Shown: one piece after another, positions 1 through 10,134 of the stretch
How the letters are laid out: every line of letters starts with the position of its first letter
How positions within the stretch are numbered: position 1 is the first letter of the stretch
Assembly: GCA_040386535.1 (NCBI GenBank)
Contig: JAZKFH010000005.1
Span: forward strand, 190,298-254,297
DNA length: 64,000 nt
Direction: 5' to 3'
From: Myxococcota bacterium
GTDB taxonomy: Bacteria; Myxococcota_A; UBA796; SXON01
Notes under the pieces: generated by a model
Databases searched by the model: none
Seen by the model: only the letters and a program-made list of their open reading frames with translations
What the model was told of the DNA's origin: nothing
Translations under genes and position numbers: made by a program

Positions 1-202
1 CGATCAGCCCCTCTCCGAGCAGATGCGTGGCCGCGGAGTTGACGATCCGGACCAGCCCCGAGCGATCCACATAGACGACGGGATCAACCAGCACGTCGAG
101 GGTGGCACCGAGGAGGGCCTCCTGTTCGCGGAAGGCCGCCTCGGCCTCGGGGGTGAAGCCCCCGCCCTCTCCGACCAGCAGCGCCTCGCTGTTCTTGAGC
201 AT
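1..202 (-). CDS. PAS-domain sensor protein, 5' part only (runs off window start)
   Basis: Minus-strand ATG at 202 reads MLKNSEALL...ATLDVLVDPVVYVDRSGLVRIVNSAATHLLG, a PAS N-terminal pattern (vD..G.i...N.AA..llG). There is no stop before position 1, so it is missing from the ORF track; the start is uncertain. Confidence 0.65.
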   Translation of the reverse strand, partial: MLKNSEALLVGEGGGFTPEAEAAFREQEALLGATLDVLVDPVVYVDRSGLVRIVNSAATHLLGEGLI

Positions 203-453
203 CGCCGCGGCCGTGTTGCTCCCCGCCGAACCGGCGGTCGGGCTCTCGGGGATCGGGTTCGCGCGAGGAGGAGGCAGAGCGGGAGGAACAGGCACACCTG
301 CTTGTATCCCACGCCGCCTAGAACATTTGGGAACAACCGGGAACCGCTTGCGACAACAAAGCCCCCGACTTCGCTCCTGGCGCCTTCCTGGAGGGACTAA
401 GCTGTGCCACAGCGCTTCGATACTACGGTGGCGGGCTGGGAATCGGAGATTTG

Positions 454-1977
454 ATGACGACGGCGACCGCACCCGGCCAGGGCTCCCTCATCTGCACGGG
501 TGTGCCCGGACTCGACACGGTGCTCGGAGGCGGGCTCCCGCGAAACCGGATGTTCCTCGTCCAGGGCGCGGCGGGCGCCGGCAAAACCACGCTCGGGCTC
601 TCCTTCCTGCTCGAGGGCCTGCGCAACGGAGAGCCCGGCCTCTACGTGACGCTCTCGGAGACCCGGGAGGAGCTCGAGGCCGTTGCCGCATCTCATGGTT
701 GGTCGCTCGCCGGCCTGACGATCTGTGAGAGCCCCGGTGTGGATCGTGGGCAGGAGGGGCTCGGCCCCTCGATGTTCCACTCGGCGGAGTCCGAGCTCAC
801 CCAGACCATCCAGGGGCTCCTTCGGGAGGTCGAACGGGTGAAGCCGGCGCGGGTCGTGTTCGATTCGTTGTCCGAGCTGCGGCTCCTCGCCGGAGGCGCG
901 CTCCGCTATCGTCGGCACGTGCTCGGCCTCAAACAGTTCTTTGCGGGTCGCTCCACGACGGTGCTGCTGGTGGACGACGGAAGCGTGGTCGACGAGGACT
1001 CCCGACTGCAGAGCCTCGTGCACGGTGTGCTCGAGCTGGAGCAGGTCACCCCCGACTTCGGCGCGCAACGGCGGCGGCTGCGCATCGTCAAGATGCGGGG
1101 CCACGACTACGTGGGCGCGTTCCACGACTTCACGATCGCCCCGGGCGGCCTCAAGGTCTTTCCCCGGCTCTTCGCCACGGCACACGAGGTGAGCTTCGAA
1201 CCCGGGACCGAGTCCAGCGGGCTCGCCGACATCGACGCGCTGGTCGGGGGCGGGCTCGACCGCGGCACGAGTTTGCTGATCGTGGGCCCGGCGGGCTCCG
1301 GGAAGTCCTCGATCGCGGCCCAATACGTGTCGGCGGCCGCCAAACGTGGCCAGCGGGCCGTCGTGTTCACCTTCGACGAGACCGCGCGCACCCTCCTCCT
1401 CCGTACGGAGGGCCTCGGCATGGGGCTGGCGCCGCACGTAGCCGCCGGGCGTGTGATCCTGCACCAGATCGACCCCGCCGGGCTCACCCCGGGTCAGTTC
1501 GCGAGCATCGTCCGAGCGGCCGCGCTCGGCACCGGCGAGCAGGAAGCGGCGCGGATCGTCGTGATCGACAGCCTGAACGGGTACCTGAACGCGATGCCCG
1601 AGGAGCGGTTCCTCCTCGTCCAGCTGCACGAGCTCCTCACCGCCCTCGCGAAGCACGGGGTGGTCACGATCCTCGTCGTTGCGCAACAGGGGCTGGTCGG
1701 CAACGTGTTGGACGGCCCCGCCGATGCGAGCTACCTTACGGACACGGTACTGCTCACCCGTAATTTCGAGGCAGAGGGCGTGGTGAATCGAGCCGTGTCG
1801 GTGATCAAGAAGCGCACCGGCGGTCACGAGCGAACCATCCGTGAAGTGTCGTTCAGCGCGAACGGCCTGGCCCTGAGCCCGCCGCTCCGCGGCTACCGAG
1901 GCGTGATGACCGGCACGCCCACGCCGATCCCGGCCGCGCCCGACCCCGCGCCCGATCCCCAAAGCGAAAGCCGATGA
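454..1977 (+). CDS. kaiC: KaiC-like double RecA-fold ATPase
   Basis: Two RecA domains: TGVPGLDTVLGGG/GAAGAGKT/VVFDSLSE and SGLADIDALVGGG/GPAGSGKS/VVIDSLNG. DASYLTD lies at the KaiC phosphosite position. No kaiA or kaiB in the window. Confidence 0.88.
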   Translation: MTTATAPGQGSLICTGVPGLDTVLGGGLPRNRMFLVQGAAGAGKTTLGLSFLLEGLRNGEPGLYVTLSETREELEAVAASHGWSLAGLTICESPGVDRGQEGLGPSMFHSAESELTQTIQGLLREVERVKPARVVFDSLSELRLLAGGALRYRRHVLGLKQFFAGRSTTVLLVDDGSVVDEDSRLQSLVHGVLELEQVTPDFGAQRRRLRIVKMRGHDYVGAFHDFTIAPGGLKVFPRLFATAHEVSFEPGTESSGLADIDALVGGGLDRGTSLLIVGPAGSGKSSIAAQYVSAAAKRGQRAVVFTFDETARTLLLRTEGLGMGLAPHVAAGRVILHQIDPAGLTPGQFASIVRAAALGTGEQEAARIVVIDSLNGYLNAMPEERFLLVQLHELLTALAKHGVVTILVVAQQGLVGNVLDGPADASYLTDTVLLTRNFEAEGVVNRAVSVIKKRTGGHERTIREVSFSANGLALSPPLRGYRGVMTGTPTPIPAAPDPAPDPQSESR

Positions 1978-4352
1978 AGAGCTTCTCCGCCGGGCTGCGT
2001 GTCGTCCTGCTCCCCACGCCACGCGACGGCGAGATCGGCGCATCCATGCTCGCCGACGCGGGCTTCGACGGCGTGGTGTGCCCGGACCTCCACTGCTTGT
2101 GTGACGAGGTCCAGAAGGGCGTCGGCGTGGCGATCCTGACGGAGGAGGCCCTGGAGGAGGACGGGGTCGGGCGGCTCACCGCGCTCATCGCGGAGCAGCC
2201 CCTGTGGTCGGACATCCCGGTGGTCCTGTTGACCCGCGGCCCGGTGGACTCCCCGCTCGTGACCGGGGCCCTCGTCGCGCTCGGCAACGTCACGCTGCTC
2301 GAACGCCCGGTGCGGCTGGTCACGCTCGTCACCACGCTCCGCTCGGCCATCCGCGCTCGGACGCGGCAGTACCAGCTGCGCGAAGAGCTCCGGGTCCGCG
2401 AAGAGGCCACCTCGGCGCTGCGGGCGAGCCAAGACCGCCTCGATCTCGTGCTCCGCGTGGCGGACGCCGGCACCTGGTACTTCGACCTGCCTCCCTCCGA
2501 GATCGTCGGAAACCGCGCGTACCATCGTCACATCGGCCTGAACCCCGAAGACAACGCGCCGATCGACATCAACCTGTTCTACTCCCTCGTCCACCCCGAC
2601 GATCGGGCGCGAACCCAGGCAGCGATGGACGACGCGCTCGGGCACAGCCACGTCCTCGACATCGACTACCGCACGCGCGGTCCGGACGGCACGGAGCGGT
2701 GGGTACGGGCGGCGGGCCGCACGTTGCTCAACCGCGCCGGCGTCCCCGCGGCCTTCTACGGCACCACGATCGACCTGACGGCCCGGCGCGCCGCCGACAC
2801 CGCGCTCGCCCGATCGGAGGCCCGTTCCGGCGCCATCGGCGCGGCGCTCCCCTTCGGCGCCTGGGAGTGCGACCCCGCCGGCCGCGTGGTCCACCTCGCC
2901 CCGGCGTTCCTCCAGCTCGTCGGCCGCACGCTGGCGAGCTGCCAGGAGCACGGCTGGGCCGATCTGGTGCACCCCGACGACGTCGAACGGTTCGCCGCCG
3001 CCTGGCCCCGGCTCGTGTCGACCCCCGCGATGTTCACCCTCGAATACCGCGTGCGCGACGAGGCCGGCGACTACCACACCGTCCTGATGCGGGGCATGCC
3101 CCTGCTCGACGAGTCACGGGCGGTCACCGGCTGGGTCGGCATCAACCTCGACATCACCGAGAAGCGGCACGTGGAGCAGGAGCTCGAGCGCGTGAGCCGC
3201 CTCGAGTCGATCTCGCTCGTCGCGGGTGGCATCGCGCACGACTTCAACGACCTGCTCACCGGCGTGCTCGGCAACATCGCGCTCGCCCGCATGTCGGCCC
3301 AGCGGGACGAAGAGACCGTGCGCCGCCTCCAGGACGCCGCCCAGGCCGGCACCAAGGCGCAAGAGCTCGCCCGGCAGCTCCTCACGTTCGCCCGCGACAA
3401 GGAGCCCGTCCGCGCCCCCGTGTGGCTGCCCGGCCTGCTCCGGGAGTCCGCGGACTTCGCGTTGCAGGGCCTCGGCGTCCGCTGCGAGTTCAACCTCGCG
3501 GAGAACCTGCCCGGCGTGGACGCCGACGCGGTGCAGCTCGGCCAGGCGGTGCAGAACCTCGTGCGGAGCGGCGCGGAGGCGATGGACGGGCACGGAGTGC
3601 TCGTGGTCCGCGCGTCGGCGATCCAGATCGGCGCCGCCGGCGGGCTCCCGTTCGCGCCCGGGCCGTACGTCATGGTCTCGGTGACCGATCGGGGCCGGGG
3701 CATCTCCCCCGAGAACCTCCCGCGCGTGTTCGACCTGGTCCACAGCGCCAAGACCCGCTCCGGGATCGCGCTGCCCATCGCGCACGCCATCATCCGGCGC
3801 CACGGCGGGCATCTGCTCGCCGCCTCCCAGCCCGACGGCTCCACGTTCACGTTCTACCTGCCCGCGGGCGCGCCGATCGCGGCGCCGGCGGCGCGATCGG
3901 TTCCCCCGGTGCTCGTCCGTGCCGCGGCCACCCTTCCCCGCGGCCGCGGCCGCCTGCTGGTGATGGACGATGATGCCCAGGTGCGGGCTGTCGCCTACCT
4001 CTCGTTGGTTCGCCTCGGCTACCAGGTCACCCTCGCGGTGCACGGCACCCAGGCCGTCGAGACCTACCGCGCCGCGTTGCGGGATCACCTGCCGTACCAG
4101 CTGGTCTTCCTCGACCTGACGGTGCAGGGCGGCATGGGAGGCCTCGAAACCCTCCTGCAGCTCCAGCAGATCGACGCCGGCGTGCGCGCCGTAGCCGTGA
4201 CCGGCTACACCGACGACCCGCTGCTGACCGCCTTCGCCGACTATGGCTTCACCGGCGCCATCACCAAGCCGTACACCGTCGACGATCTCGGGCGGGTGTT
4301 GCAACAGGCCGGGAGCCCGCCCCCTCCGGCGGCCGCTCCCCCGAACGCGTAA
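1974..4352 (+). CDS. Hybrid sensor histidine kinase (receiver-like N-terminus, two PAS/PAC, HisKA, HATPase, receiver)
   Basis: H-box GGIAHDFNDLL, two PAS_3 motifs (VHPDD), G1 box DRGRGI, C-terminal receiver LLVMDDD/FLDL/TKPY. ATGA overlap with the kaiC-like gene. Confidence 0.9.
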   Translation: MKSFSAGLRVVLLPTPRDGEIGASMLADAGFDGVVCPDLHCLCDEVQKGVGVAILTEEALEEDGVGRLTALIAEQPLWSDIPVVLLTRGPVDSPLVTGALVALGNVTLLERPVRLVTLVTTLRSAIRARTRQYQLREELRVREEATSALRASQDRLDLVLRVADAGTWYFDLPPSEIVGNRAYHRHIGLNPEDNAPIDINLFYSLVHPDDRARTQAAMDDALGHSHVLDIDYRTRGPDGTERWVRAAGRTLLNRAGVPAAFYGTTIDLTARRAADTALARSEARSGAIGAALPFGAWECDPAGRVVHLAPAFLQLVGRTLASCQEHGWADLVHPDDVERFAAAWPRLVSTPAMFTLEYRVRDEAGDYHTVLMRGMPLLDESRAVTGWVGINLDITEKRHVEQELERVSRLESISLVAGGIAHDFNDLLTGVLGNIALARMSAQRDEETVRRLQDAAQAGTKAQELARQLLTFARDKEPVRAPVWLPGLLRESADFALQGLGVRCEFNLAENLPGVDADAVQLGQAVQNLVRSGAEAMDGHGVLVVRASAIQIGAAGGLPFAPGPYVMVSVTDRGRGISPENLPRVFDLVHSAKTRSGIALPIAHAIIRRHGGHLLAASQPDGSTFTFYLPAGAPIAAPAARSVPPVLVRAAATLPRGRGRLLVMDDDAQVRAVAYLSLVRLGYQVTLAVHGTQAVETYRAALRDHLPYQLVFLDLTVQGGMGGLETLLQLQQIDAGVRAVAVTGYTDDPLLTAFADYGFTGAITKPYTVDDLGRVLQQAGSPPPPAAAPPNA

Positions 4353-4459
4353 GCGCGACGACGAGGGGCGCCAGAACGAGGGGCGCCCAATCGTGCGGTT
4401 CGCCGTTCGTCAGAACCAGGCGTTCGTGACGAACACCGTTCGACCGGACGAGGCGTGCG

Positions 4460-6505
4460 TCAGAACGAATCGATGTTGGCGTCCATCCAGGCGAGCCGCG
4501 CCGAGATGAAGGTGAGCACGCGGGCGTGCTCCTCCTCGTACGTCGAGACCGGGCAGAGCCAATCCTCGACGGTGTCGGTCTGGTAGGCGATGTCCTCGAT
4601 CGGCCACCGGGCCGCGTTGCGCGCGACCGCGTCCCCCAGCGTCGCGTCGTACCCGGCGATGCGCGCCAGGATCGCGGACTCGGCCATCGGGCCCGAGCGG
4701 AGCTCCGCCCAGCGCGCCACCAGCGCGGCATGGAACGCCGGATCGGCCGCCATCGCGTCCACGAACTCGGCGCGGACGACCCACCCCTCGGCGCCACAAT
4801 CGTAGAAGGGGTAGCCGAACGACAGATCGATGTCCCACGGGGCGAAGAACATCTTGCCGGCGGTGTCCTTCCACAGGTGCACGCTGAGCTGGTATGCGTC
4901 GATGTTCTTGGCGAACTCCTGGATCAGGATGAAGTCGATCGCGCTGTCCATGTCGACGTACGCAAAGATGCCCGTCTCCGGATCCGTGGGATCGGAGCCG
5001 TGAATCGCGTTCTCCCACGCGACGAGCCACGCGGACACTTCCGTCACGCTCTCGGGGGTCTCGTCCGGATACACCATCTGCCACGTGCCGTAGCCGACCG
5101 CGTTGTCGTGAAAACCGTCCACGTCGTCGAGCTTCACGATGAAGCTCGTGCTGGACGAGTCGTCCTTGCCGATGTCGAGGCGGGTGTCCTCGCGCTCGAT
5201 CTTCTCGCCGAGGGTGTAGACGCCCTGGTACTCCCCATCGAGCGTCAGCTCGCAGAACACGCTCTCGGTCGCGTACCGTTCGGTACCGCCGAAGGACTGG
5301 AACAAGTCATAGACGAGGCGATTGCGGAACAACACCCGATCGAGGTACTGCCCGTTGAGGATCCAGTCGCTGTCGCTGCCCATGCCGAGCAGGTCGACCG
5401 ACACGTCGTCGCCCGTGGCTTCGAGGAACAGGTCGAAGCGGGCGCTCCCGCGCGGATCGGGGCCGTCGGTGTCCACGGTGTCGGTGTCCGCGGTGTCGGT
5501 GTCGACCGATCCGGTGTCGACCGCGCCCGTGTCGACGGTGCCGGTGTCGACGGCGCCCGTGTCGACCGTGTCCGTGTCGGAGGTGTCGGCCGTGTCGGAG
5601 GAGCCGGTGTCGGTGGGGCCGGTGTCGGTGGAGCCGGTGTCGGTGGAGCTCGTGTCCCCCGATCCCGTGTCAGTTGGGCCCGTGTCACCGGAGTCGGTGT
5701 CGGGGGCGGCGCGTGCGAGGTCCAGGCTGGTGTCGCTCTGGTGCAGCTCGACCGCGATGACGTTCGTGCCGGCGACCAGCAGGGCGGGGCTGACCTTGGC
5801 GGTTACCCAGAGGATCTCGTCCGCCGCCGAGATGGGGGCGGACGCCGGGGTGTCGTACGTCGCGTCCGCGGGGAGGTTGTCCCGCAGGATCTCGGTGCCG
5901 TTGAGGTACACCGCGGCGCCGTCGTTACGGAGGATGCCAACCGACAACTTGGTGATGTCCGCGAGCGAGCCGACGCTGAAGGTGTACCGGTAGTACGTCG
6001 TGATGGCCGGAGCGTCCGGGTCGGGGCCCGACGAGACGATCGTGTTGAGGTAGTCGCCGCCGTAGCCCAGCGGCGCCGCGCCTTGCGACCACGAAGCGTC
6101 GTCGTACGCCGGCTCGCGCCACGCGGTTCCCAGGTTCGAGCCGTCGTCGACGTAGTGCCAAACGAAGCCGGGCCACACGGGCAGCTCGCTGTGTTGTCGC
6201 AGCTCCGCCGAATATTGGGGCTTCGGGAACGTGAGCGACGTGCGCCCACGAAGCTCCAACCCGGCGGGCCCGTCGTACAGCGGAACGCCATCTCCGCTCA
6301 CCACCTGCATCTGGCAGGGGACCTTCGGGTCATTGAGAATATTGCCGTCACATTGGACGGCTACGTTGCACACCAGGGTCGGATCGCCCGTGGGCGCGTC
6401 GGTGTCGACATCCGTGTCGGTGTCGGAGTCGGAGTCGCCGGCGCTGTCGTCGGGTTTGGACGAGTCCGTTTGGCAACCCAGGAGGGACAAGAGGAGCAAC
6501 GTCAT
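4460..6505 (-). CDS. CotH kinase family lipoprotein with inserted beta-sandwich domain and DT-rich linker
   Basis: Lipobox LSLLGC; CotH motifs RGRTS..FPKPQY, LLGM..DSDWIL...Y.DR...RN, YQGVY...EKI, APWDIDLSFG and terminal FISARLAWMD. Confidence 0.85.
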   Translation of the reverse strand: MTLLLLSLLGCQTDSSKPDDSAGDSDSDTDTDVDTDAPTGDPTLVCNVAVQCDGNILNDPKVPCQMQVVSGDGVPLYDGPAGLELRGRTSLTFPKPQYSAELRQHSELPVWPGFVWHYVDDGSNLGTAWREPAYDDASWSQGAAPLGYGGDYLNTIVSSGPDPDAPAITTYYRYTFSVGSLADITKLSVGILRNDGAAVYLNGTEILRDNLPADATYDTPASAPISAADEILWVTAKVSPALLVAGTNVIAVELHQSDTSLDLARAAPDTDSGDTGPTDTGSGDTSSTDTGSTDTGPTDTGSSDTADTSDTDTVDTGAVDTGTVDTGAVDTGSVDTDTADTDTVDTDGPDPRGSARFDLFLEATGDDVSVDLLGMGSDSDWILNGQYLDRVLFRNRLVYDLFQSFGGTERYATESVFCELTLDGEYQGVYTLGEKIEREDTRLDIGKDDSSSTSFIVKLDDVDGFHDNAVGYGTWQMVYPDETPESVTEVSAWLVAWENAIHGSDPTDPETGIFAYVDMDSAIDFILIQEFAKNIDAYQLSVHLWKDTAGKMFFAPWDIDLSFGYPFYDCGAEGWVVRAEFVDAMAADPAFHAALVARWAELRSGPMAESAILARIAGYDATLGDAVARNAARWPIEDIAYQTDTVEDWLCPVSTYEEEHARVLTFISARLAWMDANIDSF

Positions 6506-6718
6506 CGCCCACCTGTACCTCGACACGCGCGTGGATGGCGACGCCTTTGGTGGCGCGGTTGGTGTCCCTCTGTTCCGAACGGTCACGGGTCACGGGAAAT
6601 TGTGCAGACTCCCGACTTTCGCCGAGGCCCGCACGGGGACGTCGACCCGAGCAGTTATCAGACGGCCCATCGCGGCCGCCCCCCGGGCCCCAAACGACCA
6701 GCAGGTGGAGCCCACTGC

Positions 6719-8107
6719 ATGAGACCCTCGCTCAAGACCGCCATCCTCCTCGCGCTGATCGTGCCCATGCTCGGCGGTGCCCGCACCCCGAAGCCGTCCG
6801 CTCATCCGGGCCGTAACGGCTCGCTGACCGAGAACCAGCGCCAGATGGCGACAATCGCCTGGAAATATTTCGAGAACAACTACCAGGAAGAGACCTGCCT
6901 GGTGAACGCGGTCGACAACTACCCGAACACCACGCTGTGGGACGTCGGGAGCACGCTCGGCGCCACCGTCTCCGCCTTCGAGCTCGGCATCCTGCCGGAG
7001 GACGACTTCCACGTGCGCGTGCGGTGCATGCTCATCACGCTGGGGAAGATCGAGCTCTTCAAGGGAGAGCTCCCGAACAAGGCGTACAACACCCAGACCG
7101 GCGCGATGGTGAACTACGCCAACGAGCCCGGCGAGATCGGCTACTCCGCGCTGGATATCGGCCGCCTGCTCATCTGGCTCAAGATCCTCAAGGAGCGCCA
7201 GCCGCACTACATCCCCGCGGTCGACGCGATCGTGGCGCGCTGGAGCTTCTGCAACCTGCTCGACTCGTGCGGTACGATGTACGGCGCGATCCCGCAGGAC
7301 GGCAAGGTCGTGGCCCTCCAGGAAGGCCGTCTCGGCTACGAGGAATACGCGGCCAAGGGCTTCCAGCTCTGGGGGTTCGACACCAAGGAGTCGTCCGCGC
7401 TCGAGCCGATGGAGTTCGACCGCATCTACGGCATCGACATCCCGTTCGACGCGCGCGATCCCCGTCTGCTCACCGCCCACAATTACGTCGTGACGGAGAG
7501 CTACGCGCTCGACGGTATCGAGATGAATTGGGACCAGGCGGACGACCGTTCGACCGACGACATGAAGCACAGCGACAAGACCGCAGCGGACTTCGCCGGG
7601 CGTATCTACAAGGTCCAGGAAGAGCGCAACAAGGCCACCGGGATCCTCACCGCGCGGACGGAGCACCAGCTCGACGCGGCCCCGTGGTTCGTCTACGACA
7701 CGATTTATTCCGACGGCTACCGGTGGAACACCATCACGGACGACGGGAAGTACCTCCCCGCCTCGGCCGCGATCTCCACGAAGGCCTCCTTCAGCCTCTG
7801 GGCGCTTTGGGACACGCCGTACTCCCAGCTCCTGTTCACCACGATGGTGAGCAAGTTCGACCCGGACCGTGGCTACTACGAGGGCGTGTACGAGCACACC
7901 GGCGCCAACATCAACACCTTCACCGCGAACACCAACGGGATCATCCTCGAGACCCTGTTGTACAAGGTCCAAGGCAAGCTCCTCCGCTTCGGCGAGGCCA
8001 AGGGCAAGGACTCGTCGTGGGCGGCGACCGAAGGGACGCAGGCCAAGGACCGGTGCCAACTCCGCGCCGAGCAGCGTTCCCCCTGCGGGCCCGCGCCCAC
8101 CCGCTGA
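6719..8107 (+). CDS. DUF3131 family secreted protein (glucan-processing, GH144/GH189-like)
   Basis: Signal peptide; AWKYFENN, TTLWDVGS, LPNKAYNT, SALDIGRLL, QEGRLGYEEYAA and TANTNGIILE motifs. True start is the ATG at 6719 inside ORF 4526..8107. Confidence 0.8.
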   Translation: MRPSLKTAILLALIVPMLGGARTPKPSAHPGRNGSLTENQRQMATIAWKYFENNYQEETCLVNAVDNYPNTTLWDVGSTLGATVSAFELGILPEDDFHVRVRCMLITLGKIELFKGELPNKAYNTQTGAMVNYANEPGEIGYSALDIGRLLIWLKILKERQPHYIPAVDAIVARWSFCNLLDSCGTMYGAIPQDGKVVALQEGRLGYEEYAAKGFQLWGFDTKESSALEPMEFDRIYGIDIPFDARDPRLLTAHNYVVTESYALDGIEMNWDQADDRSTDDMKHSDKTAADFAGRIYKVQEERNKATGILTARTEHQLDAAPWFVYDTIYSDGYRWNTITDDGKYLPASAAISTKASFSLWALWDTPYSQLLFTTMVSKFDPDRGYYEGVYEHTGANINTFTANTNGIILETLLYKVQGKLLRFGEAKGKDSSWAATEGTQAKDRCQLRAEQRSPCGPAPTR

Positions 8108-10134
8108 TGTCAGCCGTCACGGAGCTCTCCGAACAGGGCATCCCCCGTTGGATGGGCCGCCTCGCCGGGTCGGACCCCGCGACGCGCGTCGCATTCAAGA
8201 TCCGCACGATCCAGCTCCTCATCGTGCTGAACGTGACGCTCGTCACCTGCTACATCGCCTGGCGTGGGCTGTTCACCATCAATTGGATGTTGTGGCCGGT
8301 CTCCCTCGCGTTGCTCGGCGCAGAGCTCTTCAGCTACGTCGACACGCTGCTGTTCGGCCTCGGCATGTGGAAGATGCGCGTCCGCGGGGAGCCGCCGGCG
8401 CCGCCCACCGAAGCCACGGTCGACGTGTTCATCACCTGCTACAACGAGCCGGTCGACCTGGTGCGTGGCACCGCGAGGGCCGCGCGGGACATCCACCACC
8501 CGCACAAGACCTGGGTGCTGGACGACGGTGACAGCGCCGCGATGCGCGCGATGGCCGAGGAGGAAGGTGTCGGGTACATCACCCGCGGCGCCGCCTGGAA
8601 GGGCAAGGACCGCCACGCCAAGGCCGGCAACCTCATCAACGCGCTCTTCCAGACCGACGGGCAGTTCCTGCTGATCCTCGACGCGGATCAGGTCCCGAAG
8701 CCGGAGATCCTCGCGCGCACGCTCGGGTACTTCGACGATCCGAAGGTCGCCCTGGTGCAGACCCCCCAGTGGTTCAGCAACGTGCCCGAGGGAGACCCCT
8801 TCGGCGTGGACTCGCCTTTGTTCTACGGGCCGATCCAACAGGGCAAGGACGGTTGGAACTCGGCCTTCTTCTGCGGGTCCAACGCCGTGCTTCGACGCGA
8901 CGCGCTGATGTACTCCGGCATCGTCTCCTACGCCAGGGAGATGGAGGCCCGCGTGCGGGGCGCGCTCAAGGACGCCGATCGTAGCCTCCGGAAGGCCGCC
9001 GCGGCCCTCGCGCCCGCGGCGACAGAAGCCCGTGGCGCCCTGCGCGCCGTGCGCAAGGCGGGCCGCCAGGCACGCATGCAGCTGAACGCCGGGATGCCGC
9101 TCCAGGAGGTCACCTGGGACTTCCAGCGGACCCTCGAGGGCGTGTCCCGGGAGCTCGTCGCCAAGGATGTGCAGAGCATCTACGCCGATCTCGCGGACAC
9201 CCCCGGCGTGACGCCGTCCATGCTCACCGGGTTCGGGGAGAGCGCGGTACCGACCGCGTACCTCTCCGGCAAGGCCGCCTCCCCGCTCGCGGCCATCGAC
9301 GAGGTACGGCAGCTCCTCGCCGACATCGACGTGGACCGCTCCGATCAGGCCGAGCCGGTGCAGCCCCTCGCCACCATCTCGATCACCGAGGACATGGCTA
9401 CCGCCATGCGCCTGCACGGCCTCGGGTTCAAGTCGGTCTACCATCACGAGATCCTCGCGGTCGGCCTCGCTCCGGACGACCTGCGCTCGGTCCTCCAGCA
9501 GCGCCTCCGCTGGGCCCAGGGCACCATGCAGGTGCTGTTCCGCGAGAACCCCCTGTTCCAGCGCGGGCTCACGTGGCCGCAGCGCCTGATGTACTTCTCG
9601 ACGATGTGGACCTACCTCTCCGGCTTCGCGGGGGTCATCTACCTGCTCGCGCCCGCGTTGTACCTCCTCTTCGGCTGGCTCCCGGTCAAGGCGCTCACGT
9701 GGCAGTTCCTCTGCTTCCTGGTGCCGTGCCTCGTGGTCAACCAGCTCCTGTTCGCCCTGATCGGCTACGGCATGCCCACCTGGCGCGGCCAACAGTACAG
9801 CCTCGCCCTGTTCCCGCTCTGGATCAACGCGGTCGTCACCGCCTTCCGCAACGTGTACTTCGGCTCCCGCCTCGCGTTCGTCGTGACACCCAAGACACGT
9901 CAGGGCGGGGTGCATTGGTCGCTCGTGCGCCCACAGCTCGCGATGACCGTGGTGCTCGCCGTGTCGATCGTCGTCGGCCTCTTCAAGCTCACCCAGGGAA
10001 ACGCGGACTCCGCATTTCCCATCGTCATCAACATCATCTGGGCGGTGTACGGAATCGTGATGCTGAGTGTCGTACTCAACGCCGCGAAGTGGCAGCCGGC
10101 AGCCCCCTCGACCAAACCTGGGAGTGTTTCATGA
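8107..10134 (+). CDS. bcsA: Processive GT2 glycosyltransferase, cellulose synthase catalytic subunit-like, without PilZ domain
   Basis: VDVFITCYNEP, LDDG, HAKAGN, LDAD, QTPQ, FFCGS, TED, QRLRW and FVVTPK motifs; N- and C-terminal TM helices; TGATG coupling to the upstream gene. Confidence 0.82.
   Translation: MSAVTELSEQGIPRWMGRLAGSDPATRVAFKIRTIQLLIVLNVTLVTCYIAWRGLFTINWMLWPVSLALLGAELFSYVDTLLFGLGMWKMRVRGEPPAPPTEATVDVFITCYNEPVDLVRGTARAARDIHHPHKTWVLDDGDSAAMRAMAEEEGVGYITRGAAWKGKDRHAKAGNLINALFQTDGQFLLILDADQVPKPEILARTLGYFDDPKVALVQTPQWFSNVPEGDPFGVDSPLFYGPIQQGKDGWNSAFFCGSNAVLRRDALMYSGIVSYAREMEARVRGALKDADRSLRKAAAALAPAATEARGALRAVRKAGRQARMQLNAGMPLQEVTWDFQRTLEGVSRELVAKDVQSIYADLADTPGVTPSMLTGFGESAVPTAYLSGKAASPLAAIDEVRQLLADIDVDRSDQAEPVQPLATISITEDMATAMRLHGLGFKSVYHHEILAVGLAPDDLRSVLQQRLRWAQGTMQVLFRENPLFQRGLTWPQRLMYFSTMWTYLSGFAGVIYLLAPALYLLFGWLPVKALTWQFLCFLVPCLVVNQLLFALIGYGMPTWRGQQYSLALFPLWINAVVTAFRNVYFGSRLAFVVTPKTRQGGVHWSLVRPQLAMTVVLAVSIVVGLFKLTQGNADSAFPIVINIIWAVYGIVMLSVVLNAAKWQPAAPSTKPGSVS

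Noticed and set aside
454..1977. Circadian clock
   Set aside because: No kaiA or kaiB; the context is the common KaiC-like ATPase plus sensor kinase pair.
4526..6718. N-terminal 730 aa of the 1193-aa ORF 4526..8107
   Set aside because: Antisense shadow of the CotH gene. The real DUF3131 gene starts at ATG 6719 with an RBS and signal peptide.
6937..8106. N-terminal extension of ORF 6937..10134
   Set aside because: Arg-rich off-frame read of the DUF3131 gene. The synthase starts at 8107 (TGATG).
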